Source of the DNA: Wallemia ichthyophaga EXF-994
Lineage: Eukaryota; Fungi; Basidiomycota
NCBI RefSeq assembly: GCF_000400465.1
Contig: NW_008806293.1
Location: 62,601 to 124,600, forward strand
Length of the DNA stretch: 62,000 nt
Direction: 5' to 3'
This document shows positions 25,206 through 37,399 of the stretch, in pieces. Numbering within the stretch: the stretch's first letter is position 1; every line of letters starts with the position of its first letter. The position numbers were made by a program, and so were the translations under genes. The notes beneath the pieces are model-generated. The model had not been told where the DNA came from. It worked only from the letters and a program-made list of their open reading frames with translations, and ran no database searches.

Positions 25206-26083
25206 ATGAATATGTCAAATAATTTCACTTCTTGGGGACGGTGAGTTAGATTTATGCGCGTATAAAACCAACTTACAATCTCCTTAGCCCTTTCACTGAC
25301 GCTAAGATGGACATGTACGGTGGTGATGTTACACAGCGGTACCAGCTCGGCGCGCAGCAGATGACTGTCCCCGATGACAAGTTCTCTGAAGGCGTACAGA
25401 AGACTCAACAGCCCATAGTCACCGGCACTTCGGTCATTGGATTGAAATTCAAAGACGGTATCATGCTCGCTGCTGATAACCTTGCTTCTTATGGCTCTTT
25501 GGCTCGTTTTAAGGATATCCAGAGACTATATGGCGTTGGTTCAAATACAATCATTGGCGCTGCTGGCGATATGTCTGACTTCCAGCACGTTCAACATCAA
25601 CTTGACACTCTCATTACTGACGAGTATTGCCACGATGACGGTCATTCCCTTGGACCTGCTCAAATTTACGAGTATATGAGCACTCTTATGTACCATCGTC
25701 GCAGCCAGCTCAATCCTCTCTGGAATGCTTTCGTTGTTGGTGGTGTTGATCCAAAATCTGGTGAATCCACTCTCGCTTACGTTGATCTATTGGGTACTAC
25801 TTACTCTGCTCCAACTATCGGTACTGGTTATGCTTCAATGATTGCCATTCCTCTACTCAGGAGACTGGTCGAAGATCGTCAGGAGCCTCTTAACAAGGAA
25901 GATGCTTTGGATATCATCAAAACTTGCATGAAAGTTCTCTTTTACAGAGACGCTAGATCCCTCAACAAATTCCAAGTCGCTACAATCACAAAGGAGGGCT
26001 CTGAAATTAGCCAAAGCATGTCTGTTGACACTGAATGGGGTTTCGCTGAGGGTATTAGAGGTTACGGTGGACAGACACAATAA
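25206..26083 (+). CDS. PRE4: 20S proteasome beta-7 subunit
   Basis: TQQPIVTGTSVIG, AADNLASYGSLARF, NPLWN and VLFYRDARSLNKF. Intron 25241-25287. Confidence 0.96.
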
Positions 26084-26154
26084 AAGTGTATGATTTGTAT
26101 TACATCTTTACTATTTCATCAATTCAACTAAATCCTAAATACGTCATAAACCAT

Positions 26155-29153
26155 TTAAACACGATCAAACGCTGACGACGATCGACTTAGCCGTGTGTCT
26201 TCAGTTTGCTGCGTTGGCTCAATCTCCATCACTTCGGCTTGTTTCTTCGCTTCGTACCGCTCTTTACGTGGGCTCAAGTTCTCTTGTGACTGCGACTGCA
26301 AGAACGACGACTCATGACCACGCACGAAAGTCTGCAGACTCTTGACAGTAGTAAATAGCAGCATTGGTAAGCCGGTAACACCCTGTCTACCAAGCCATTC
26401 AACGTAATTAGCTCGTATATTCAGCCCGTGCATATCTAGCGAGCTTCCCTTTAAAGCGCTATTACTTACGGCGCCCTCGTAACGTTCTGGATGCGTTACA
26501 TTAAAGTAATCCTGGAACTCCCCCAGAAATCTCTGCGACAGAGGCACAAGACGAGGATTAAAGGCAACGTCACCAACCGCCTTGATCGATAATTGGTATC
26601 GTCCCCACTCGAGATCCTGAGAACTTTTGTGGAGCCGTTCGAGTACATCTCGACCAAGACCTGAAACCCACTCTCCAGTGCGTGATATTGGATCGAATGC
26701 CTTCATACGGTAGAATAATTCGCAAGTAGCCAAAACCCATTCGTGGAATTGTTTTTTGAAAGCTGGCGGATATTCACTTACACGACCTTCTTTGAGTAGA
26801 TCTCCATGTACCGTCATTATCTCACGCCAGTTACATATTTGGGCGCATAAACGCGATATCACTTCAACACCACCATTTTGAATAAGGGTAAAGAACATTT
26901 CTGTATTGGGTAGCTTGATACTGCAATCTTGAATGCTTGTCATTAATGGTGTGGTAGCTTCGATCGTGTCCAATATGACGTGGTGCACTGCCGCGTTATT
27001 GGGATGATCCTGAGTGCCAACTGCATAAGATGCAATTAACCATCACAAAAAAAGAAACTTACCTTGTATATCAACTCCCCTAGCATCTCGACATGCTCGA
27101 CCATCAGCGTGTTTACATATTGCCAATTAATCCTCGCATCGTCGTCCGCCAATGTAATGTAAGTTTGGCGCATCCGACTCCAATTATAGCAAGACCATTG
27201 CCTCAGTAGTGCGTTGTAGCATTTCACAACTCTTATGCGAAATTCCAAGCCAGAATATGCAGAGAGACGCGCGAGAGGCTGAAGAACCAGCTCGTGGATC
27301 ACTAATGAGGATATTAGTAAGACTTAAACCCCGTAGCACTTAATCTACCTTGAAAAGGTCGGGGAGGGTAGTAAGAAATAAGTTCAAATATCTCAGTTTG
27401 GAAGATAGCGCCATCCCATGTCTCGAGAAAGTCGACAACAAACGCCTCGATTAATGGTGATAGTTGCTGGTAGGTTTGATCAGTTTGAGTTGTTCAGTTA
27501 ATCAAAAATCCACCAAATACCTTAGTGTATCTGCAATGAGCGACAACAAGGCGTAAGAACTCCTCAGAAGCTTCGTAATTGTCTTGCGTAAGTGGAGAGC
27601 TCACGATCGCGTCTTTTAGGGCATGCGATAGCCATGCACTCAGCTGCCTAGTGTTTTTGTCTAATGGGCAGTATTGGTGAGTATATCTTAGACAATTAAC
27701 ACCTCAACCAACCTGTCGGATGAGCCAAATAGGCCCACGTTGCGAAATTATTCTGCAAAAGAGCAGCCACCTGAGACGGCATAGTGAGACGATCAAAGTA
27801 TTTACCGAGAGTGCGCAAAGTGGGACAGTCTTGAATGGTGATGATGCTGCCCCTTGATTGCATGACTGACAATGGTGGCGCTGCATACTCTATCCTTTGT
27901 CTCTTTTGTGGTACTAAGCTTTGTTGCAAAATCTCCGAAGTTGTTTGCTTTGCATTTCTCTCGGCCCTTTCTTGACGTTTCTGGATTAGCTGCTCTTCAT
28001 ATTCTTCCACTGTGCCTTCTCTGATTGCGCGTGACTTCTGCTTCCAGTTTGCGTTGACCTGGTTTTTTATGTTAGGTGTGTCTCAGTCCATAGCTCCTTG
28101 CTCACTCTGTAGGGCCGTTTGCCAGCTGCGCGACCGATACCTGGAGGAATTCGTGTAGGGTGGTATGAGCGGAAAACGTTTATGAGAGCGGGGAGAGAAG
28201 GGTCTAGTGGAAAGCGTGCCTGTAGAGTGAGTCTGTTTGGGAGCGAGAATTTTAGTAGCGAACAGTGAGAACTAAAAAAAAAAACGCACATGAACGAAAC
28301 TCTAAACGGTATGACGTGCTCGCGTCTAGTCAATAATGCTAGCAAATAAGGCAGGTGTGGTCTAAGAGAGGTAAGTGAGTATGCAGGTACAACATAACGA
28401 CAGCTGACGGCGTACCTTAAAGTCTCTATACCAAGATGATTCCACAAAACGGCATACATATTACCGAGCGTGCGTCGCGCAGTACTATCAATCCACTCCA
28501 AAACAGCCACTAGCCATTTAAGACCGGCAGCTTGAGTGGTGGTATCAGCGAGCTTGTGTCTGCTAGCGCCGAGAGAACCAAGAATGGAGATAATGGTGTT
28601 TTCATTGACGGTGGTGATTGGGTGCAAGAAGGTGAATAGCTTGTTGCTGCACTGTTTGTCTGGAGGTGTGTGTGAGGTGTTGAGGCTGTAGGTGTGCATT
28701 AACTCACTCATGTCACCACTTAGAGCAACTTCCACTGCCTCCGCTATCTCTTCTGGGCTACAGCCAGCTTTCATGACGCGCGCGTTTATCGCTGCGAAAG
28801 TGCGCCCAGTGATTTCACGTTTTTCTTTAGAAAGCGGGTATGTGTTGCCTTGTGGGTGTCAGGAGTCGGTGCATCGTGGTTGATGAGAATTACCCACTTT
28901 TCTTCAGAATCGATAGCAGAGGATAGAGACTGTCGGCTACTTCTCCATCAGGGGGAAGATGGTAGATTTGTTTGTTGGCTTCTACATTTTCATTTGGCTG
29001 TTCGGTGTTTTCTGGCTGCTCTGGATGCTGTCTGGTATCTTGCCCCTCTGTGTTATCAATCTGGGTGTTCTCTCGCGCATTAGTATCCAAATCTCTGGAG
29101 CTGTCAGGATCGCCTCTCGATTCACGGCGCGGCGACTGGCGTACGCGAACCAT
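26155..29153 (-). CDS. Inner kinetochore CENP-I (Mis6/Ctf3) homolog
   Basis: YAVLWNHLGIETLRPHLPYLLALLTRREHVIPFR and FLETWDGAIFQTEIFELISYYPPRPF resemble Mis6/CENP-I blocks. About eight introns can be joined in frame from ATG 29153 to stop 26155. Confidence 0.72.
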
Positions 29154-29345
29154 CTGAGATAAGGATGTTGGTCGTTCGAAACGAAGGAGGGTGGGAGATG
29201 TCGACGATACAGACGGCGAGATGAAGGGTGGGGCGGTGTAGAGGAGAGAGATAGCAATCAGAAACAGTCTTATAAGCCAGCCTAGTCGCTGCAATCGATA
29301 TTTCCGGTAATTATACGCGCCTTATCTTCTTCACCAACAACGGCG

Positions 29346-30234
29346 ATGAGCGACGACACAGATATGGAAGTTGAGCGTATAGTGGATGGCGAGGAGGGCG
29401 GAAATGACGGGGATAAAGGTCAAAACAAAATCAAAGACCCAGAACCCGCGGGAAGTGAAGCTGAGCGAGATGAAGCTGAGGGCGTACGCGACACGAACGG
29501 AGCAAATGGTGCAAATGTTGCAAATGCAGGAGTAGAAGCCAGTACAAGCGCAATCGCAAATCCATCAGAAAACACACCACAACCACAACCACAACCACAA
29601 CCACAAAAACTAGGCAAACGAGCGAAACAGACGCGTCAACTAGTCCAAATGGCCCTCAATCACATAGTAGAAGGATGGTCATATGACAATTTCGCCGAGT
29701 CGTTCCCCGCTATTGCAAAAGATGCACCGGAGTCGCTGAGCAGTATGCGCGAGCAGACCAAAGACCATTTCGAAGCGAGTGTGACAAGCTCTATAGCTGC
29801 ATTACACGAGCGCCGACGCGTCGTCGAATCGCTTAACAGTCTTGACGATATGCTCGAGGAGATACAGCGTGCTAAACGGAGCAAAGGGACCAACTTCAAA
29901 AAGAAAGGGGAAATGCTCGCCAATGACCCTTTCCTCGCTTACAGAGTGAGGAGGAAAGCTGTACTGATGCAGGAACATAGAGAAATGGATGAGCGCGTCG
30001 AGGATGCGCGTAGAGAGATGGATCAACTGGTGGGGAACATCAAGGAAATGGAAGCAGAGGAGGAAGCAGGTGAGAGTGAGAAGAGAGAGCTGGAAAGGTT
30101 GTTGGGTGTGGTGAGTGCGTGGTTTCGTGCGTGCTACAAGTCTAACACACGCTACACAGGTCGATAGCAGCACACAGAATATCCCTATAGATGAAATGCG
30201 GGTTGTTCAAGCAGAAACAGAGCTTATGTTGTAA
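29346..30234 (+). CDS. NNF1: Mis12/MIND complex subunit Nnf1 (PMF1)-like
   Basis: SYDNFAESFPAI..IAALHERRRVVESLNSLDDML fits the Nnf1 pattern; acidic N-terminal extension, C-terminal coiled coil. Last intron near 30111-30160. Confidence 0.7.
29577..29606 (+). repeat. (CCACAA)5 encoding a PQ repeat
   Basis: Direct reading within the NNF1-like CDS. Confidence 0.9.
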
Positions 30235-30270
30235 AATACATGTATTATTCCTCTATCCCATACCATCATC

Positions 30271-32394
30271 ATGCTTGATATCTGTGAAATAGTTCATAAG
30301 GGTGGGTGAATGATATTAAGATATTACAATGCTTATCACTACCCAATTTTACAGGTGGTACTGTGCTCTGGTCACGCACTTACACTCCAGAAGCTGCACA
30401 CGACGCAGAAAGCGCGCACTCACCGACAAACACGCTCATCAAAGAGGGAGTTATTGAAGGACGTTTAACCAGCTCACCGCACGACATAAACCAATACAGA
30501 GTACACTGGGGATTGGAGAACAAGACCGATCTTATCTTTGTGATTGCATACTCGAAGATTATTCAACTGGGATGGGTGGATGAGCTACTCGAGACAGCCA
30601 AAGCTCTATTCGTCAGTCTATTCAAACCCGTGATTGAGCATATCATTGCTGCTCTAAGCGGTGCTACTCCCGATGACGCTGTTAATCTCGACTTACCCGC
30701 CATGTTCAAAGGCTGGGATGAGGTATTCGATCAGCTGGTAAATGATATCGATGTGCGTTGTTCTTCGTTGGCTGTACTTACACCCTCTCACAACTGCTCT
30801 CACCAGAAAAAGAAGAATATTCGAGGAAAGTCTAGCAACGCTGGTGCGGCTACAAGAAACGCAACTTCAAATCAGAACAAATCAGGTATGCATATTCTAC
30901 CATCACAGCCCAACTCTTCACTCACACAACCAAGCACCCACGCGTGACGAGCCTAAGGCCATTGATGCAGAGGAGATTTCCAAAAATGTCGAAGCAATGA
31001 AAAACAGAATCAAGTCTAAGAAGGCGCGTGGTGGAAAGAAGGTGGTGAAAGGTGAGACAATCAATGATACACCAGTCGATACAAAGAAGGGTAAAAAAGA
31101 AATGCGTTCATGGGGCGATAAAATATCTTCAAAACAGATGTCAGAATTAGATTATAGTAGTGGTGGTGCGGATGACGGGCTGGACGATAAACATGTCCAA
31201 ACACTCGTCTCAGATTCCTCCAAGGGTAGCCATGATGGTGAGGTGTACACGTTGGCAGAATATGCAAATGAGAAAGGCAGTGATGAAGATGACGATTTGT
31301 TAGATATTGAAATACCAGCACTCTCAGACACACCACAGAAAGGTACATCTTGGGGAATATTCTCATCACTCCCCTCTCTCAATGTGTTAAAAGGGAAGAA
31401 ACTCGACAAAAATACACTACAGCCAGTACTCAGCTCCATGTCGAGCTTACTGATGAAGAAAAATGTAGCATCAAGCGTTTCTGAACAGATATGCGATTCA
31501 GTCGAGCAACAGTTGGTCGGACGCACAATATCATCATTCAGTAGTATAAAAGGGGCAGTAAAGTCAGCGCTGACTACATCAATTACACGCGTACTCACAC
31601 CCAAGACATCCACCGATATACTCTACGAAATATCACAAAAGAAGAAGACGACGACTTCAAATGGGAAAACGACACCTTACAGTGTAGTATTTTGTGGTGT
31701 GAATGGAGTTGGGAAGTCAACAAATCTCTCCAAAGTTACGTATTGGTTATTAGAAAACAGGTACAAGGTGTTGATAGCGGCATGTGATACATTCCGTAGC
31801 GGGGCAGTTGAGCAACTACGTACGCACGTGTCTAATCTTAACAAGCTGAAACTGGGTAGTGGGGTAACTGCTCAAGTAGAGCTTTATGAGCGTGGCTATG
31901 GAAAAGATGCGAGTGGAATTGCACGTGATGCTTTGGGATATGGTGCGCAAAATGGATTCGATGTGGTATTGATAGATACTGCGGGAAGAATGCAAGATAA
32001 TGAACCACTTATGCGCGCACTGGCTAAACTCACCACCGTTAACGAGCCTGACAAGATAATTTTTGTAGGTGAGGCGTTGGTCGGGAATGAGGCGACGGAT
32101 CAGCTTGTTAAATTTGATCGTGCTCTTAAAGATCTCTCTAGCGGTGGTGGTAGTGGTGGTAGTGGCAGGGGAATTGATGGGATGTTACTCACCAAGTTTG
32201 ACACGATCGATGATAAAGTTGGCGCGGCTTTGAGTATGACATATATAACAGGCCAACCGATACTATTTGTGGGATGTGGACAAGTGGGTGAAGTGTATTA
32301 AAAAGACGCCAACTAACACCACATATAAAAGACATATACGGATCTAAGACAATTACGAGTGCAGCATATAGTAGATTCACTATTGAAGGCCTAG
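30271..32394 (+). CDS. SRP101: Signal recognition particle receptor alpha subunit
   Basis: MLDICEIVHKG|GTVLWSR longin start, GVNGVGKST, DTFRSGAVEQL, DTAGRMQ, TKFDT, and last exon TYTDLRQL. Four introns. Confidence 0.95.
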
Positions 32395-32482
32395 GTTTAG
32401 GCCTAGGTTTATGCGCAGAGGAATTTTGTTAAGGATAATAAATTAGTACATGTCTATGTTGATAAGATAAAGAAGAAGCTAA

Positions 32483-33556
32483 CTAAGCAACTTTACGTTG
32501 ACCAGTATAACCGATACCAACGCAGCTAGCGATAACCTCATTTGATTGTTCTAGCTGTTTAATTTTGAAAGCTACGCCCATGGATTGATGTAAATCGCGT
32601 AAGAATTGGATGGAATGTGGAGTGAGAGATCCCATTCTACATCTACCAACGTCCTCACTACCTAAGGACATTAAAAGGAGAACCAACCACTGATGAGATG
32701 AGTCAATAGCGCCTTTGTTGGCGATTTCTTCCAAGAGAGCAGAAGAAGCACGTGTAGCGACATCTTCAGGGGTGGTACCAGGTAGGGAGACGGCTTCAGC
32801 GGAGTGTAAAGCACCAGTTGTAGATTCAGCTACAAGGGTCAGAGCGTAACCAGGAGATTTACCAGCTTCATCGCCTCTATAAATGTCAGTGTAGAGGTAG
32901 ATATCGGGGATGTATCTATTGAGTAAACCTCTACTAGCGTCAACCATTCTATTGGCGAGCTGAGGAGAGACTCTAACAGAGTGAGCAATACCGCGTATAC
33001 GTTTAATTTTACCTGGATCGAGGAAATTGAGGGATTTAATTTGACGGAGAGTGGGACATTTAAAGATGACAGTACCACCACCTAGAGGAGGAGAACCGCG
33101 CTTTTTAATGTTAAGTTCAAGGCCATCAGAGATGCCGAATAGGGAGAGATGCGGGAGGGAGACAGTGCGGAGAGAGTCAACGGAGATGTCGTTGGGATCA
33201 GAGGTTATACCGTGTAAAGTGAGATTTAAAGGGTGTTTAAGAAAAGGAGCTAAAACGAGGATAAATTCTAAGAACCAGCCAACAGACTTTGAAGAGCAGG
33301 AGTGGGATATGTTACCACCGGTGAGAGAACCAGGTTGATAGAGGATTGAAGTGCCTGTGTAGGATATTTCAACTTTTGAACCATTTGTTAGTTTTTCAAG
33401 GAGTCTTAAGAAACCAGCTTCGTAGTCAGTGATACCTGGATTAGAGTGGTTGCTACGAATGGAATCAATTCTAATTGGTTTAGAAAGGAGTGTAGAGATT
33501 ATTAGACGCTGCCTTAAGTGTATGTGAGAGTGAAAATTGATTAAATTATTTGGCAT
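32483..33556 (-). CDS. RCL1: RNA 3'-terminal phosphate cyclase-like protein Rcl1
   Basis: HLRQRLIISTL, RLLEKLTNGSKVEISYTGT, KKRGSPPLGGG, IKRIRGIAHSVRVSPQLANRM and SCVGIGY. Confidence 0.95.
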   Translation of the reverse strand: MPNNLINFHSHIHLRQRLIISTLLSKPIRIDSIRSNHSNPGITDYEAGFLRLLEKLTNGSKVEISYTGTSILYQPGSLTGGNISHSCSSKSVGWFLEFILVLAPFLKHPLNLTLHGITSDPNDISVDSLRTVSLPHLSLFGISDGLELNIKKRGSPPLGGGTVIFKCPTLRQIKSLNFLDPGKIKRIRGIAHSVRVSPQLANRMVDASRGLLNRYIPDIYLYTDIYRGDEAGKSPGYALTLVAESTTGALHSAEAVSLPGTTPEDVATRASSALLEEIANKGAIDSSHQWLVLLLMSLGSEDVGRCRMGSLTPHSIQFLRDLHQSMGVAFKIKQLEQSNEVIASCVGIGYTGQRKVA

Positions 33557-33593
33557 TTATTGTTGAGTGTTGACGGTGAGGATTATAAGGGGA

Positions 33594-34196
33594 ATGATAA
33601 ATAATTCAGATATAAATACAAATCAAGTAAAGGAATTAGTGGAATTGATTGGGAGGTTATCAGTGGAACTAAGTAATAATAGGCAATTATCTAAATCATT
33701 GGAATCCCAAGTTGATCAATTGAAAGACCAAGTTGTACACACAGTTAGTGGATTCACCCTTAGAAGATATAACACAGATATTTCAACTGAACAATTCGAG
33801 TTCGAGTGTGAAAAGTTTAACGCTGAATTGATTAAGGAGAACCAATTATTACAACTGGATAACAAGCAATTAACAAGCCTTGTCAAGGAATTTGAACAAG
33901 TTATTCATATCATTATGGATAAATTTAGACAAGAATCCTATTCAACTCAAGTACATGAACTTAACTTGATTAAACACTTCGAAACCATTATAGGTGAAAA
34001 TTTTGACAATTTTAGTAAAAATGAGATTAACAAGGAGATTGACTATAATAATCTATTCAATAAACTCAGTAATTTACTAATTAACTCAATTAGATCACTT
34101 GATGATGTTGAATTGTCTGATAAAGATGTTCAGATTATTCAATTAGAGAATGAGAATAAATTGTTGAGAGACCTATTAGGACTTGGTTTATCCTGA
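33594..34196 (+). CDS. Small coiled-coil protein, SIKE/FGFR1OP2-like
   Basis: All-helical ~200 aa. ENQLLQLDNKQLTSLVKEFEQVIHIIMDKFR resembles the SIKE-family core. Confidence 0.55.
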   Translation: MINNSDINTNQVKELVELIGRLSVELSNNRQLSKSLESQVDQLKDQVVHTVSGFTLRRYNTDISTEQFEFECEKFNAELIKENQLLQLDNKQLTSLVKEFEQVIHIIMDKFRQESYSTQVHELNLIKHFETIIGENFDNFSKNEINKEIDYNNLFNKLSNLLINSIRSLDDVELSDKDVQIIQLENENKLLRDLLGLGLS

Positions 34197-34249
34197 GCAT
34201 TTTGTATTTAACAGTAACATACCCCTTATCCCTTTACGACCATCATCTA

Positions 34250-37200
34250 ATGTCTAAATTCAAAGTACCTGATACTCCTCTATCTTCCACTGCGACCAAT
34301 AGGTTAGCTGATTATAGGAGGAAGAGACAAGGTGGCTTACACCACCAACAACAACCAACGGCATCCACTTCAAACTCATTCAACGAATTCAAGAAACGCG
34401 CTAATAGAGATGATAACGATAATTATTCTAGGAAATATTCAAAGCCATCTTATACACCCAGTCGTACACCACTCCCTTCTTACTCTTGGGATTCAACACC
34501 TAGCCACTTCGCTCACTCAAAAGAATATCAAGAAGAGCAACTGAGATTGGATAGAGATTGGTATTCTCATTTGGGTGAAGAAGGTGGCGTCACTGGCGAC
34601 TCTGAACACAATCCCTTCTCTCAATACGACGATCTAGACACCTCCACTCAAACTACCCGCAAACAACGTTTATCCGCTAAACAGCACCAATTCAACAAAG
34701 ACAACGACGCTTGGGAGACTAACAGATTGGTTCAGTCTGGCTTACAATCTCGTCCTGACCTCGATTTCGACTTTGATGATGAAAATCAATCAAAAGTACA
34801 CGTCCTCGTACACGACCTCAAACCTCCCTTCTTAGACGGTAGAATGGTGTTTACTAAACAGTTAGACCCTATAAACCCTCTCAAAGATCCATCCTCCGAT
34901 TTAGCAGTCTTTGCACGCAAAGGTAGTTCTCTCGTACGCCAGAAACGCGCTCAAGCTGAAAGACAGCGTGTGAGTTTTCTAATTCAATTCATAATTCCTC
35001 CTAACTCCCAACCAGGCTGCTGCTGAAGTTGCTCAAGTCGGCGGCACTCAACTCGGTAACATCATCGGTGTCAAGTCTGACTCTGAAAAAGAACAAGAAG
35101 AGAAAGCAAATGACGATAGTAAAGATAAAAACACCTCGCAGTTTGCCGATCACATCAAATCTCAATCCTCCTTCAGCGGCAGTAAATCTATCTCCCAACA
35201 ACGCCAATATCTCCCTTCTTTTGCTTGCAGAGAGGAACTTATGAACACTATCCGCGAAAATCAGATCACTATCGTCATTGGTGAAACTGGTAGTGGTAAG
35301 ACTACCCAGCTGACGCAATTTCTAATGGAAGATGGCTACGGTGGTGATGGTTTGATTGGTTGTACCCAGCCACGTCGTGTAGCCGCGATGAGTGTCGCCA
35401 AGAGAGTTAGTGAGGAAGTCGGCTGTGAGCTGGGTGATAAGGTCGGATATGCTATTCGTTTTGAAGATTGCACTTCTCCTGGTACACAGATCAAGTACAT
35501 GACAGACGGTGTTCTCCTCAGGGAGAGTTTGAATGAGGGTGATTTAGACAAATATAGCGTAATTATTTTGGATGAGGCTCACGAGCGTAGTTTGTCCACT
35601 GACATATTGATGGGTTTACTTCGCAAGATTGTCACCAGAAGGAGGGATCTCAAGCTCATAGTCACCTCCGCCACCATGAACGCAATTAAATTTTCTTCCT
35701 TTTACGGCGACGCTCCATGCTATACCATTCCGGGACGTACTTTCCCCGTCGAGACCTTTTTTTCCAAGACGCCTATAGATGATTACGTCGATGGCGCCGT
35801 CAAGCAAGCGCTGCAGATCCATCTGACTCTCCCACCCGGTGACATACTAATTTTCATGACGGGTCAGGAGGATATCGAGACGACGTGCGCGGTGATTACT
35901 GAGCGTCTCGCCCAGCTAGACAACCCCGATCCACTGCTAGTGTTGCCAATATATTCGCAGATGCCAGCAGACCTACAGTCAAAGATATTCGAGCGGGCGA
36001 ATGAACGTAAGTGCATTGTCGCTACCAACATTGCCGAGACCTCTCTCACCGTCGATGGGATCATGTATGTCGTTGACAGCGGATACTCCAAGTTGAAAGT
36101 TTATAATCCGCGCGTAGGTATGGATGCGTTGCAGATAACGCCCGTTTCGCAAGCCAATGCAAATCAGCGCATGGGGAGAGCTGGTCGCACAGGGTCTGGG
36201 TACTGCTACAGACTGTATACCGAGTCAGCCTTCCGCAACGAGATGTTCGATAGCGCTATACCCGAGATTCAGCGCACTAACCTTAGCAACACCGTTCTTC
36301 TTCTTAAGTCGCTTGGCGTCGCCAGTCTGCTTGACTTCGATTTCATGGATCCGCCACCTCAGGAGAACTTGATACAGAGTGGGTGAAGTTGTTAGTAGTA
36401 CACTATGCAAATCTAACTAGAATTGAAATACAGGTCAGTATGAATTGTGGACGCTCAGCGCACTGGACAACACTGGACAGCTCACTCCACTCGGACGTAA
36501 GCTATCCGACTTCCCAATGTCGCCATCGCTCGCCAAGATACTAGTGATTAGCGTCGAGTATGGGTGTTCACAAGAGGTGCTTACGATAGTGTCAATGTTG
36601 TCCGTCCCTAGTGTTTTCTACCGCCCAAAGGAGCGTGCGGAAGAGAGTGACGGAGCGCGCGAGAAGTTTTTCGTTCCCGAATCTGACCATCTCACACTCC
36701 TACACGTGTATGCGCAATGGGTAGCTAACGGACACAGCGATGCGTGGAGTACGCGTCACTGGCTACACGGGCGCATACTCAAGAAAGCACAGGAAGTGCG
36801 TGCGCAGTTAGAGGACATCATGAAGACGCAGCGTTTACCCATTGTGTCGTGCGGGGTAGACTGGGATGTGATACGCAAGTGCATCACCGCTGGCTACTTC
36901 CATCAGGCCGTTCGGGTTAAAGGCATAGGTGAATATCAGAATATTCGCTCAGCTATGCCGTGTCACCTCCATCCCACCAGTGCGCTATACGGTCTCGGTT
37001 ATACTCCCGACTACTGCATCTACCATGAACTAGTACAGACTAGCAAGAGTTACATGCAGTGCGTTTCCGCTGTCGACCCTTACTGGCTCGCTGAACTCGG
37101 TGGTGTTTTCTATAGCGTCAAGGAGAAAGACGCGGCAGGTGGTAGTTCGAGTGGGACTATGGGTGACGATAAGAGAGTCACCAATAGAGAGTTCTCCCGC

Positions 37201-37368
37201 AAGGCTGAACTTGAGCTGCAGATGTCCGTCGATAGATCTAGAAGCGAAAAGGCGAAGACTGAAAAGAGAACTGTTGCGGCTACCCCTAGATCCTCCATCG
37301 CTACCCCTGGTTCAAGTAGTAGGCGCGGTTTCGGCAAGACACCCAGACAAAAAGGTAGACTTGTATAG
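34250..37368 (+). CDS. PRP16: DEAH-box splicing helicase Prp16
   Basis: RLDRDWY and [14 protein letters not shown]-terminal blocks, [18 protein letters not shown] and QRMGRAGR. Introns near 34970 and 36382. Confidence 0.96.
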
Positions 37369-37399
37369 CCTCCGCGTCAGCGTCACAATTATTTATTCG

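Noticed and set aside
32388-32410. GGCCTAGGTTTA x2, superficially telomere-like
   Set aside because: Only two copies, not TTAGGG, and it overlaps the SRP101 stop between convergent genes. Most likely a local duplication.
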